Positions 31,144 to 39,533 of a stretch of 64,000 nucleotides of DNA are shown in pieces; position 1 is the stretch's first letter; every line of letters starts with the position of its first letter. The position numbers were made by a program, and so were the translations under genes. The stretch is taken from positions 4,735 to 68,734 of the forward strand of contig JAIMAG010000012.1 in assembly GCA_023512135.1 (NCBI GenBank), given 5' to 3'. The stretch comes from Terriglobia bacterium. Lineage in GTDB: Bacteria > Acidobacteriota > Terriglobia > Acidiferrales > UBA7541. Below the pieces are notes generated by a model. That model saw only the letters and a list, made by a program, of their open reading frames with translations. It ran no database searches and was not told the DNA's origin.

Positions 31144-31753
31144 CGTGCTGCTTCTTTTGCCGCTCCAGGATGAGCAGCCGCCGGCGCCGCTTGACGCGGT
31201 CGTCCACATGGCTCCAGAATCTCAGGAAGTAGTGCACCGCAGAAGCTACCGCACTGACCACCACCAGCCAGAGCAGCAGCGTGCCCAACGGTTTCAGCAA
31301 CGCGTGCTTAGAGCCAAGAATGACTGCGGCGACGGCAACCACCTGCAGCCCCATCTTCAGCTTGCCGAGCGTGGAGGCGCGGATGGTGAAACCTTCGGCC
31401 GAGGCAATGTTGCGGAGCCCGAGTACCGTGAATTCGCGCGCGACAATCAGAACCACCATCCAGGCCGGTACCAGACCCATCTCCACAAGCGAGATGAACG
31501 CGGCCGAAATCAGCAGCTTGTCTGCAATGGGATCGAGCAGAATGCCCAGCGTGGTTTCCTCGCCACGTTTGCGCGCAAAGTGACCATCGGCCCAATCGGT
31601 CAGCGCGGCTGCCAGGAGAATCAGCACGCCCCAAACCTCGAAATTGACCGGGAAACCCCACAACTCCAGGTTCGGCTGGCGTGTCAGCAACACCACCACC
31701 AGCAGCGGAACGAAAAAGATGCGCAGGATCGTCAAACTGTTCGGCAGATTCAT
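31127..31753 (-). CDS. pgsA: CDP-diacylglycerol--glycerol-3-phosphate 3-phosphatidyltransferase
   Basis: Contains MNLPNSLTILRIFFVPLL and DWADGHFARKRGEETTLGILLDPIADKL (CDP-alcohol phosphatidyltransferase D-G-x2-A-R...D-x3-D). Start ATG 31753. Confidence 0.9.
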   Translation of the reverse strand: MNLPNSLTILRIFFVPLLVVVLLTRQPNLELWGFPVNFEVWGVLILLAAALTDWADGHFARKRGEETTLGILLDPIADKLLISAAFISLVEMGLVPAWMVVLIVAREFTVLGLRNIASAEGFTIRASTLGKLKMGLQVVAVAAVILGSKHALLKPLGTLLLWLVVVSAVASAVHYFLRFWSHVDDRVKRRRRLLILERQKKQHDVATL

Positions 31754-32237
31754 TTCGGGCTGCCCGGGAACACCGCAGACGAAACTCGCCCACCGGCCCC
31801 ACAAAGCAAGCTGAGAATGCGTTTGACACTATAGTCTCCGAGGCGAACCAAGTCAACGAATCCCACCGCCGACCTAAGACAAAACCCAAGACCTTCCTCG
31901 ACAAGGCCACAGTATGCCTCGCAAATCATCCTCCACCGTTCCCGAGCCCGTGCAGCGCGATCCCGCGCCTGCCTCGGACGAAAAACCGAACTGCGACAAT
32001 GCACCATAGCTGTGCAAAATTCTTGGAGTCGAATTGCACCACTTCTTGTGCAACGAGCGAGCACTGCAACTGTTCCAAGTAAATAAATCTTGTTTTTTCA
32101 ATGAGATAAACAGGTAGAATCTGAATTTGAGTGAAACTTGCTGAAGGGAATCGGTTTAGCAGCAAGGGGTGCGGGAAAACTATCCACAGAATTTTCCACA
32201 GGGCTTTGTTGGCTGAAAACAATGCACTTTCCGCGCT

Positions 32238-32438
32238 TCAAGAACGGCTTGGTCCACGCAGCACCCGAGCGGGCAACAGGATGATGGCCCGGAGCAGCTC
32301 GAGCACACCGGTGACGGCAATGCCGAGCACGCGAAAAGGCAGCAGCAACAACCAGACCAGCGGATACAGCAGCAGGGCCAACAGGGCCAGCGGCCAGCAG
32401 AGCACCAGCAGAATCAACCACAGCAAAAATCCGACCAC
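32238..32438 (-). CDS. very hydrophobic 66-aa membrane protein (hypothetical)
   Basis: MVGFLLWLILLVLCWPLALLALLLYPLVWLLLLPFRVLGIAVTGVLELLRAIILLPARVL. High GC3, and 37 nt downstream of hflX on the same strand. Confidence 0.55.
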   Translation of the reverse strand: MVGFLLWLILLVLCWPLALLALLLYPLVWLLLLPFRVLGIAVTGVLELLRAIILLPARVLRGPSRS

Positions 32439-32475
32439 AACGGGCTCCCTTCTTTACCACCTACGCACGACGACA

Positions 32476-33807
32476 TCAGTTTGTTCCGCCGAAGGGAAGG
32501 ACGCGCGATTCGGCGAACTGGGTCACGGAAAAATCTTGCAGGCGTCGTGCCAGCGAGGCAGGCACTTCAGCATCCAGCAGCAAGAAACCGTCCTGGATTT
32601 CGAAGCGCTGCACATGACCGAGCGCATGGATCAAGGCCAGGGTGCGGCCGTCGCTGGCGGGCAAGCGCAGGCTCAGATGCACGAGCGGGTCCACCGGCAG
32701 CACCTCGTCCAGGCGTTGCCGCAAAACATCCAGGCCGGTGCCGTGCAGCGCGGAGATATACAGGTTGCCGTTGTCGCGGTGCAGGGCGGCGCGATCGGCT
32801 TCGCTGAGCCGGTCGATTTTGTTGAAGACGCGCAAACGCGGGCGATCGGCAACACCCAGTTCGGCAAGCACCTTTTCCACTTCGACGTCCTGCTCGGCAT
32901 GGCGAGGGTTGGAGATATCGCTGACCTGCAGCAGGACGGCGGCCTGCTGGACTTCCTCGAGGGTTGCTCGGAATGCAGCAATCAGTCCGGGGGGAAGATC
33001 GCGGATGAAGCCGACCGTATCGGAGAGCAAAACGCGACGGTTCGAAGGCAGGCGAATCGCGCGGATGGTGGGGTCGAGCGTGGCGAACATGCGGGGGGAG
33101 ACGAGCACGTCCGCATGCGTCAGCGCGTTGAACAGGGTGGACTTGCCGGCATTGGTGTACCCGACCAGGGCCACGGTACCCAGTGGCACCTCTTGCCGCG
33201 CCCGGCGATGCACGCTGCGCTGGCGGCGAATTTTTTCGATGCTTTCGCGAATGCGACGGATGCGTTCGCGGATGCGGCGGCGGTCGGTTTCCAGTTTCTG
33301 CTCACCCGGGCCGCGGGTGCCGATGCCGCCGCCCAGCCGGGAAAGCTCCACGCCGCGGCCCGCCAGGCGAGGCAGTAGATAGGTCAGTTGGGCCAGTTCG
33401 ACCTGAAGCTGTCCTTCACGGCTGCGGGCGTGACGGGCGAAGATATCGAGGATGAGCTGGGTGCGGTCAATCACGCGGCATTCCGTGGCGCGTTCGATGT
33501 TGCGCTGCTGCACCGGCGTCAGGTTGCGGTCGAAGATGAGCAGGGGCGCATTGCGGGCGTGGGCTTCGGCGCGAATCTCTTCGAGCTTGCCGCGGCCGAC
33601 CACGGTGGCGGGATCGAGCGATTCCCGCTGCTGAAAGATAGTGGCCACGACTTCAGCGCCCGCGCTGCGGGCCAGCTCTTCGAGTTCGACCAGTCCTTCG
33701 CGCTCGCTACGAAGATCGGCAATGCCGGGCACATGCGGCGCACGCTTTTTTCCCACGCCGATCAGCAGGACGCGTTCGCGGTGGCCGGTGGGTTGTGGAG
33801 TCTTCAT
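32476..33807 (-). CDS. hflX: GTPase HflX
   Basis: Contains the HflX N-domain (LDIFARHARSREGQLQVELAQL), ALVGYTNAGKSTLFNALT (G1), DTVGFI and NKID. Confidence 0.95.
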   Translation of the reverse strand: MKTPQPTGHRERVLLIGVGKKRAPHVPGIADLRSEREGLVELEELARSAGAEVVATIFQQRESLDPATVVGRGKLEEIRAEAHARNAPLLIFDRNLTPVQQRNIERATECRVIDRTQLILDIFARHARSREGQLQVELAQLTYLLPRLAGRGVELSRLGGGIGTRGPGEQKLETDRRRIRERIRRIRESIEKIRRQRSVHRRARQEVPLGTVALVGYTNAGKSTLFNALTHADVLVSPRMFATLDPTIRAIRLPSNRRVLLSDTVGFIRDLPPGLIAAFRATLEEVQQAAVLLQVSDISNPRHAEQDVEVEKVLAELGVADRPRLRVFNKIDRLSEADRAALHRDNGNLYISALHGTGLDVLRQRLDEVLPVDPLVHLSLRLPASDGRTLALIHALGHVQRFEIQDGFLLLDAEVPASLARRLQDFSVTQFAESRVLPFGGTN

Positions 33808-33855
33808 GCGGTCTCGGGGCTCGTCTGCAGCTCCGGCGACAGCTTCCCTCCGCCA

Positions 33856-34818
33856 TTATACCCCCTCGGTGCGGCCGGTGCTGGCCAAGCGTGCACGAAG
33901 GAAGTCGAGGACAGAAGCGGCAGTGGCGGGGTCGTCTCCAAAACCGGAGAACCAGTGCACATCGGGTTCGCGGCGGAACCAGGTGAGCTGGCGTTTGGCG
34001 TAGCGGCGGGTGTTGCGCTGAATCGTTTCGATCGTTTTCGCCAGCGGATAGCGACCGGCCAGGTGTGCGACCAGTTCGCGATAACCGATGAATTGAAACG
34101 GCTTGGCTGCAGGGTCCAAACCCGAAGCGAGCAAGCTGCGGACTTCGTCGAGCCAGCCGGCATCGAGCATCTGGGCGACGCGCAGCTCGATGCGTTCGTA
34201 GAGCAGCGCACGCGGCGGCTGCAAACCAATTTTGATGACAGAGAAGCCCTCCAGCCGTGGACGCCCCTGGCGATGGAGTTCTGAAATCGGCCGGCCGGCG
34301 AGCAGGCAGACTTCGATGGCGCGGATCAACTTCTGGGTGTCGGCCGGAGCGATACGGGCGGCAGCCTCCGGATCCAGGCGCGTCAGCATGCGATGCAGGT
34401 ATCCCGGCCGGTGGCGTGCGGCGCGCTCGCGCAGGCGCGCGCGCAGCGCTTCGGAGCGCGTGGGGGCATCGGAGAGGCCTTCGAGCAGCGCACGCAGATA
34501 AAGGCCGGTGCCGGCGGTGAGCACGGGCAGGCGCTGCCGGCGTCGCAGGTCTTCGAGCACCGCGAGGGCACGGGTGCGGTACTCGCCCGCCGTAAACAGC
34601 TCCTGCGGTTCCACCAGATCGAGCAGATGATGCGGGACGCCGCGGCGCGCTGCCGGCGGAACCTTGGCCGTACCGATGTCGAAGCGGCGATAGACCTGCG
34701 TGGAATCGCAGACGAGCACTTCGCCGCCCAACTGCTCCGCCACGGTGATGCCGAGAGCGGATTTGCCCGATGCCGTCGGGCCGACAATGACGACCAGCGG
34801 TGTAGCAGCCGAGCTCAC
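33856..34818 (-). CDS. miaA: tRNA dimethylallyltransferase
   Basis: Contains VVIVGPTASGKSALG (P-loop), DSTQVYRRFDIGTAK, HHLLD, GGTGLY-like TAGTGLYLRAL and YAKRQLTWFR. Start uncertain. GTG 34818 chosen because the longer ORF (to 35004) would overlap the upstream tonB-like gene by 100 nt. Confidence 0.85.
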   Translation of the reverse strand: MSSAATPLVVIVGPTASGKSALGITVAEQLGGEVLVCDSTQVYRRFDIGTAKVPPAARRGVPHHLLDLVEPQELFTAGEYRTRALAVLEDLRRRQRLPVLTAGTGLYLRALLEGLSDAPTRSEALRARLRERAARHRPGYLHRMLTRLDPEAAARIAPADTQKLIRAIEVCLLAGRPISELHRQGRPRLEGFSVIKIGLQPPRALLYERIELRVAQMLDAGWLDEVRSLLASGLDPAAKPFQFIGYRELVAHLAGRYPLAKTIETIQRNTRRYAKRQLTWFRREPDVHWFSGFGDDPATAASVLDFLRARLASTGRTEGV

Positions 34819-34903
34819 AGCACGTGCCAGTAGCGAACCAGCAGCACGAGCAGCGCCAGCAGTCCCAACAGCAACGCTCCGGCCAGTTGTGTGCGATTCA
34901 GCC

Positions 34904-36244
34904 TCACTGGTAGTCAATCGGCAGATTGTAAAGAAACGTGAAGCGCAATTCGATGTACGGGCCGGTAAATTCTGCCGGCAGCGGCTCGAAAGGATTCGAG
35001 GCATGAATCGAGCTCAGCGCGGCACGGTCGAGCGGCTCGCGACCCGAGCTGGCCACCAGCACCGGCTCGGGGAAGGGCACATGACCGTTGCTGAGAATCT
35101 TGAACTGGATGACGACCTTGCCCTTTTCGCCGAGCCGCGCCGATTCGGGAATCACGGCGTACCAGTTGCGTTTGACGCGGGCCAGCACACGACCCATGTA
35201 GTTGGTAAAGTCCACGCCCTGGGTGGGCGTGAGCATCTGCACCAAACCATCATGAAAACCCTGACCACCGCCGGAACCGCCGCCCGGACCGAGATCGCCA
35301 AACCGGTAGCTGCCGCCGCCGGGATTGCGCAGCGCCTGCCGGAGCTGCTCTTCCAGCGAGCTGCGCGGCGCGCGGGGACCGAGGCCGAGGTCGAGCGCAG
35401 GGCCGTTTCCCGGACGCGATTCCGGCACCGGTTCGAGTCGAGCGATTTCAGCGCCGCGCTGGGGCCGTTCGGATTCCGCACCCGCACCCGACTCGCGGGG
35501 CGAGTCCCGCGCGGGGGACGAAGGTGCCGGACCGAGCTCACCGGTGCGCGGACCCGGAACTTCGATCTCTTCCGCAGGTGGCTCCGCCTGCGGACGAAAC
35601 AGGCGCGGATCGATGCGAATCTGGGGCGAAGGTTGCGGCGGCACCGCCGGCACGGGTACGAGGTCAGCCGGCGGTGGAGGGAGATAGACCAGGCCAAGCT
35701 GGCGGTGTGCGCGAGCAATCTCTTCTTCGGTGGGCGGCTCGTAGGGAAATAGCTTCGGGTGCAGCAGGAGAAGCAGAAGCAGCAGGGCGTGCACCAATGC
35801 AGACGACAGCAACGTGGACCAGCGCCAGAACTGCGGGCTGAGCTCCACGGGCCGGGCCAACAGAGTAACTTCGCCCGTGATAAACAGGTCGGGGTCGACC
35901 ACGTCACCGATGGCTTCCTGAGGCACGCGGCCGAGCATGAGTGCGGCGGGACGCGCGTCTGCAGGCACCACGACCCGTGTATCCAGTGAGGTGGGCACCA
36001 CCGCCGGTCGCGGCGCGCGTGCTTCCGGCGGCAGCGGAGGCAGGTCGCGGGGCACCAGCAGGCGTGCCGCCACCGACTCCAGCGGCAGGTGCGCCGGAAT
36101 GGCACTTTGCGTCTGCAGCGGCCCCTGCTGCATCTCCGGAAGCACGACCATCCGGCTGTCCAAGGGCGTCGAGGTGCGGCGGGCCGGCTGGCTGGCAGCC
36201 GGGACAGCAGCCAGGTCGGTCGGTACCAGCGTGCGCGGAATCAT
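34904..36244 (-). CDS. TonB-family energy-transducer-like protein with a long Pro-rich linker
   Basis: Single TM (LLSSALVHALLLLLLLL), an extended P-rich region, and a C-terminal TonB fold (YMGRVLARVKRNWY...GKVVIQFKILSNGHV....SSGREPLDRAALSSI....FEPLP). Confidence 0.75.
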   Translation of the reverse strand: MIPRTLVPTDLAAVPAASQPARRTSTPLDSRMVVLPEMQQGPLQTQSAIPAHLPLESVAARLLVPRDLPPLPPEARAPRPAVVPTSLDTRVVVPADARPAALMLGRVPQEAIGDVVDPDLFITGEVTLLARPVELSPQFWRWSTLLSSALVHALLLLLLLLHPKLFPYEPPTEEEIARAHRQLGLVYLPPPPADLVPVPAVPPQPSPQIRIDPRLFRPQAEPPAEEIEVPGPRTGELGPAPSSPARDSPRESGAGAESERPQRGAEIARLEPVPESRPGNGPALDLGLGPRAPRSSLEEQLRQALRNPGGGSYRFGDLGPGGGSGGGQGFHDGLVQMLTPTQGVDFTNYMGRVLARVKRNWYAVIPESARLGEKGKVVIQFKILSNGHVPFPEPVLVASSGREPLDRAALSSIHASNPFEPLPAEFTGPYIELRFTFLYNLPIDYQ

Positions 36245-36285
36245 GCCTCGTTCCAGTGTACCCTAATCCGCAGCGAGGTCGGAAC

Positions 36286-37278
36286 TCAGCGCTGTGCCGG
36301 CGGAGTCAGGCCACCCGGTTGGACGCGCCGGGCGTGTTCCAGGATGCCATGCATGACGCGGTCGGCCAGCTCGAGCGCCCGGCGGCCCGCCCGGCCATCG
36401 ACCGGCGCGGGGCACCGCGTCTGCACGGCCTGCAGGAAAGCGCGCAGCTCGGCGCGCAACGGCTCTTCGGGTTCGGTCGGCAACTTTTCAAACTGGAACT
36501 GCGGGTGCGCCCCGGCTGCCGCCGCGGGCGCCAGCCGGACGCGGAGCAGATCCTGGCGGGTGTAGTCGATGGAGATGTACTCGTGTTCCTGAAAGAAGCG
36601 GAGCTTGCGGACGCGTTCGGTGGATACGCGGCTGGCGGTGAGATTGGCCACCGCACCGGAAGTGAACTCGATGCGCGCATGCGCAATATCCACCTTGTCG
36701 GTCAGAATGGGGATGCCGACGGCACGGACTTCAGCGACTTCCGCACCGGCCAGTGTGAGCAGAATGTCCAGGTCGTGAATCATGACGTCGTAGATGACAT
36801 CCACATCCAGGCTGCGCGGCGTGAACACGCCCAGGCGATGCACTTCGAAGAACAGCGGCCGGCGAACGATGCGCTGCGCGGCCACCACCGCGGGATTGAA
36901 GCGCTCCAGATGGCCCACCTGCAGGATGCGGTGATGGCGGCGTGCGGCTTCGATCAGGGCGTCGGCTTCAGCCAGCGAAGCGGCCATGGGTTTTTCCACC
37001 AGCACGTCCACGCCGCGCTCGAGCAGCCAGCAGCCGACGCGGGCATGCGCGGTGGTGGGCACGGCCACGCTGGCTGCTTCGGCGCGCCCGACGAGCGAAT
37101 CCAGATCGGGCAGGGCCACGGTGCCGAATTCGGCCGCAACAGCCCGGGCGCGCGCCGCATCGGTGTCAAACACGCCGACCAGCTCCGCAGCGTCCAGCTC
37201 GCGGTAGATGCGGACGTGGTGGCGGCCAAAATCGCCGACGCCGACCACCGCGACGCGAATTTTGCGGGACTCGCTCAC
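36286..37278 (-). CDS. Gfo/Idh/MocA-family NAD-dependent oxidoreductase (GnnA-like position in the lipid A cluster)
   Basis: Contains IRVAVVGVGDFGRHH (Rossmann), VLVEKPMA and QVGHLERFNP. GTG 37278 overlaps the lpxI stop (GTGA). The upstream 144 codons of the tracked ORF lie inside lpxI. Confidence 0.8.
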   Translation of the reverse strand: MSESRKIRVAVVGVGDFGRHHVRIYRELDAAELVGVFDTDAARARAVAAEFGTVALPDLDSLVGRAEAASVAVPTTAHARVGCWLLERGVDVLVEKPMAASLAEADALIEAARRHHRILQVGHLERFNPAVVAAQRIVRRPLFFEVHRLGVFTPRSLDVDVIYDVMIHDLDILLTLAGAEVAEVRAVGIPILTDKVDIAHARIEFTSGAVANLTASRVSTERVRKLRFFQEHEYISIDYTRQDLLRVRLAPAAAAGAHPQFQFEKLPTEPEEPLRAELRAFLQAVQTRCPAPVDGRAGRRALELADRVMHGILEHARRVQPGGLTPPAQR

Positions 37279-38132
37279 GGCGCAGCCGCAGCGGGCGGCT
37301 CGAAGGCCTGAATGGCGATCCCGGCGGCATCCGCGGCAGCGAGCAGTTCGTCGCGATCGAGCAGCAGGGTTTTGCCGGCGTCCAGCGCCAGTGCGGTGGC
37401 GTTTGCGCGACGCATGACCGCAATCGTGGAAGGCCCGACCACAGGAACGTCGAAACGCATGTCCTGGTTCGGCTTGCTCACTTTGACGACCACGAGCGGG
37501 CGCCCGCCGGCAAGGCGTGCGGCGCGTTCGATGGTTTCGTCGGTGCCTTCCATGGCTTCCACGGCGACGCAGGCGCGCTGGCTGATGACGACCGTCTGGC
37601 CGACGTCCAGCGCGGCGAGGGCGCGGGCGATGCGGTGGCCGCAAGCAAAATCGGCCGCTTCCTCGGCAGTGGGAGCGCGGCGCGTGAGCACGCCGGCAGC
37701 CGCCAGCCACGGACGCAGGAAGGCCGTCGAATCCACCAGCCGGATGCCCTCCTGCTCCAGCACGCGAGCGATGGCACCAATCAACGCATCCGTGTTTTTC
37801 GCCGGCAGGGTCAGCAGCAGTTTTGCCAGGCGCCAGTCGGGACGGATGGCGCTGAAGATTTTGTTGTGACGCACCTGGCCCGCCATGACCGCCTGGCGCA
37901 CGCCTTCGGCACGCAGGATTTCGATGGCTCGAGTCAGCTCGCCCAGGCTGACCCAGTGAACGCGGCGGGCCTTCTGCTCGATTTCCGGAAACGTCTCTTC
38001 GCGGATGGCGAGCACCACCATCTCAATGCCCTGGCGGCGCGCCGCTTCCAGGACCAGAAACGGAAATCTGCCGTTGCCCGCAATCAGTCCCCAGCCGCGG
38101 GTTTCGACTGGCGTTGTGGCGGCAGAACTCAT
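37275..38132 (-). CDS. lpxI: UDP-2,3-diacylglucosamine diphosphatase LpxI (DUF1009)
   Basis: Contains GLIAGNGRFPFLV, AVMAGQV, DVGQTVVISQRACVAVEAMEGTDETIERA and KPNQDMRFDVPVVGPSTI, characteristic LpxI blocks. Lies between lpxA and an oxidoreductase. Confidence 0.85.
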   Translation of the reverse strand: MSSAATTPVETRGWGLIAGNGRFPFLVLEAARRQGIEMVVLAIREETFPEIEQKARRVHWVSLGELTRAIEILRAEGVRQAVMAGQVRHNKIFSAIRPDWRLAKLLLTLPAKNTDALIGAIARVLEQEGIRLVDSTAFLRPWLAAAGVLTRRAPTAEEAADFACGHRIARALAALDVGQTVVISQRACVAVEAMEGTDETIERAARLAGGRPLVVVKVSKPNQDMRFDVPVVGPSTIAVMRRANATALALDAGKTLLLDRDELLAAADAAGIAIQAFEPPAAAAP

Positions 38133-38137
38133 CAGAG

Positions 38138-38917
38138 TTACTTGACCAGTCCACGCTGAGACGATTCGATGAAACGAATCATTTCCTCGACGTCCGGCTG
38201 GCCATTGTAGCAGGCGCGCATGCGCTCGAGCGCCTGCGTGGTATTCAGCCTGGAGCGGAGTAGCAGCCGAAAGGCACCTTCGATGGCCCGAATCCGTTCG
38301 CTCGAGAAGCCGCGGCGTTCCAGCCCGACGCGGTTGACTCCGTAGCATTTCGTTTCCCGGGGAGCGACGACCAGCGAAAACGGAGCGACATCCTGGGTAA
38401 TCACCGTGAAGGCGGCAATATAGGCATGCCGGCCGATGCGACAGAACTGGTGCACCGGACAGAAAGCGCCGACCGTGGCAAAGTCTTCGACAACCACGTG
38501 ACCAGCCAGCGTGGCGCCATTGGCAAACACGGTGTCGTTGCCGATCTGGCAGTCGTGGGCGATGTGGGCGTAGGCCATGAACAGGTTGCGGTGGCCGATG
38601 CGGGTGACGCCGCCGCCTTCAACGGTGCCGCGATTCACCGTGCAGAATTCATGGAAGGTGTTTTCGTCGCCGCATTCGAGCCGGGTCGGCTCGCCCCGAT
38701 ACTTCAGACTCTGCGGATCCCCACCCACCGAGCAGAACGAATGGAAGACGTTGCCGCGGCCGTAGCGCGCCGGGCCGCGGACCGCGGCGTGTTCGTGGAG
38801 CACGCAATCATCGCCGAGCTCCACATCGTCGCCGACAACCGCAAAGGCGGCGATGCGAACATTTTGGCCGAGGCGGGCGCGCGGAGAGATGATGGCGCGC
38901 GGATCGATCTGGCTCAT
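38138..38917 (-). CDS. lpxA: acyl-ACP--UDP-N-acetylglucosamine O-acyltransferase
   Basis: Left-handed beta-helix hexapeptide repeats, then GVNRVGLERRGFS..RI..I..AFR. ATG 38917 overlaps the fabZ stop (ATGA). Confidence 0.93.
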   Translation of the reverse strand: MSQIDPRAIISPRARLGQNVRIAAFAVVGDDVELGDDCVLHEHAAVRGPARYGRGNVFHSFCSVGGDPQSLKYRGEPTRLECGDENTFHEFCTVNRGTVEGGGVTRIGHRNLFMAYAHIAHDCQIGNDTVFANGATLAGHVVVEDFATVGAFCPVHQFCRIGRHAYIAAFTVITQDVAPFSLVVAPRETKCYGVNRVGLERRGFSSERIRAIEGAFRLLLRSRLNTTQALERMRACYNGQPDVEEMIRFIESSQRGLVK

Positions 38918-39354
38918 GGCTGGCGGTCCACCATCTTGCACATCAGGGTGGCCTCGGCGGCGAGCTGACCGTTCACGGTAGCCTGGCCGGCGAGCTTGCA
39001 GAAGTTGCCGCGCCAGTTCAGCACGGTCACCTCGACGCGGAGCTGGTCTCCGGGCACCACCGGGCGGCGGAAGCGTGCATCGTCGATGGCGACGAAGTAG
39101 AGCAGCTTGTTTTCCCGCTCGGGCACTTCCTGAAACAGCAGCACGCCGCCCGCCTGGGCCATCGCTTCGACAATCAACACGCCGGGCATGACCGGGTTGC
39201 CCGGAAAATGTCCCTGAAAAAACGATTCGTTGATGGTCACGTTTTTGATGCCCACGACGCGCTTCTGCCGCTCCATCTCCACGATCGCGTCCAGCATGAG
39301 CATGGGATGGCGGTGCGGCAGGATTTTCTGGATGGCATTGACGTCGAGAATCAT
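38914..39354 (-). CDS. fabZ: 3-hydroxyacyl-ACP dehydratase FabZ
   Basis: Contains LPHRHPMLMLD, FFQGHFPGNPVMPGVLIVEAMAQ and FRRPVVPGDQL. Confidence 0.95.
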   Translation of the reverse strand: MILDVNAIQKILPHRHPMLMLDAIVEMERQKRVVGIKNVTINESFFQGHFPGNPVMPGVLIVEAMAQAGGVLLFQEVPERENKLLYFVAIDDARFRRPVVPGDQLRVEVTVLNWRGNFCKLAGQATVNGQLAAEATLMCKMVDRQP

Positions 39355-39533
39355 CGTGTCGCCTCAGCAGAGAAACTGGGCAGCGCATCGAATCCGGGCG
39401 TCGGCCGACGATGTCCGGCACCGGCCGGACGGCGAAAGCGCTCGCTCGCAGTGCCCGGCTGATTATAGGGCGAAAGTGGTTTCGGGGAAACGCGATTGCC
39501 GGGCCGCAGGCTGCCTGCTAGCATACGCGGGCC

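Noticed and set aside
31999-32082. 27-aa Cys/Ser/Thr-rich ORF (MHHSCAKFLESNCTTSCATSEHCNCSK), considered as a lanthipeptide/sactipeptide-type RiPP precursor.
   Set aside because: Four of its five Cys codons are the TGC of the TGCAC/GTGCA palindromes; the fifth is the TGC of GCACTGCAAC just downstream. There is no Shine-Dalgarno and no leader-like region. No maturase, protease or exporter lies within about 20 kb. It is kept only as a note under the palindrome finding.
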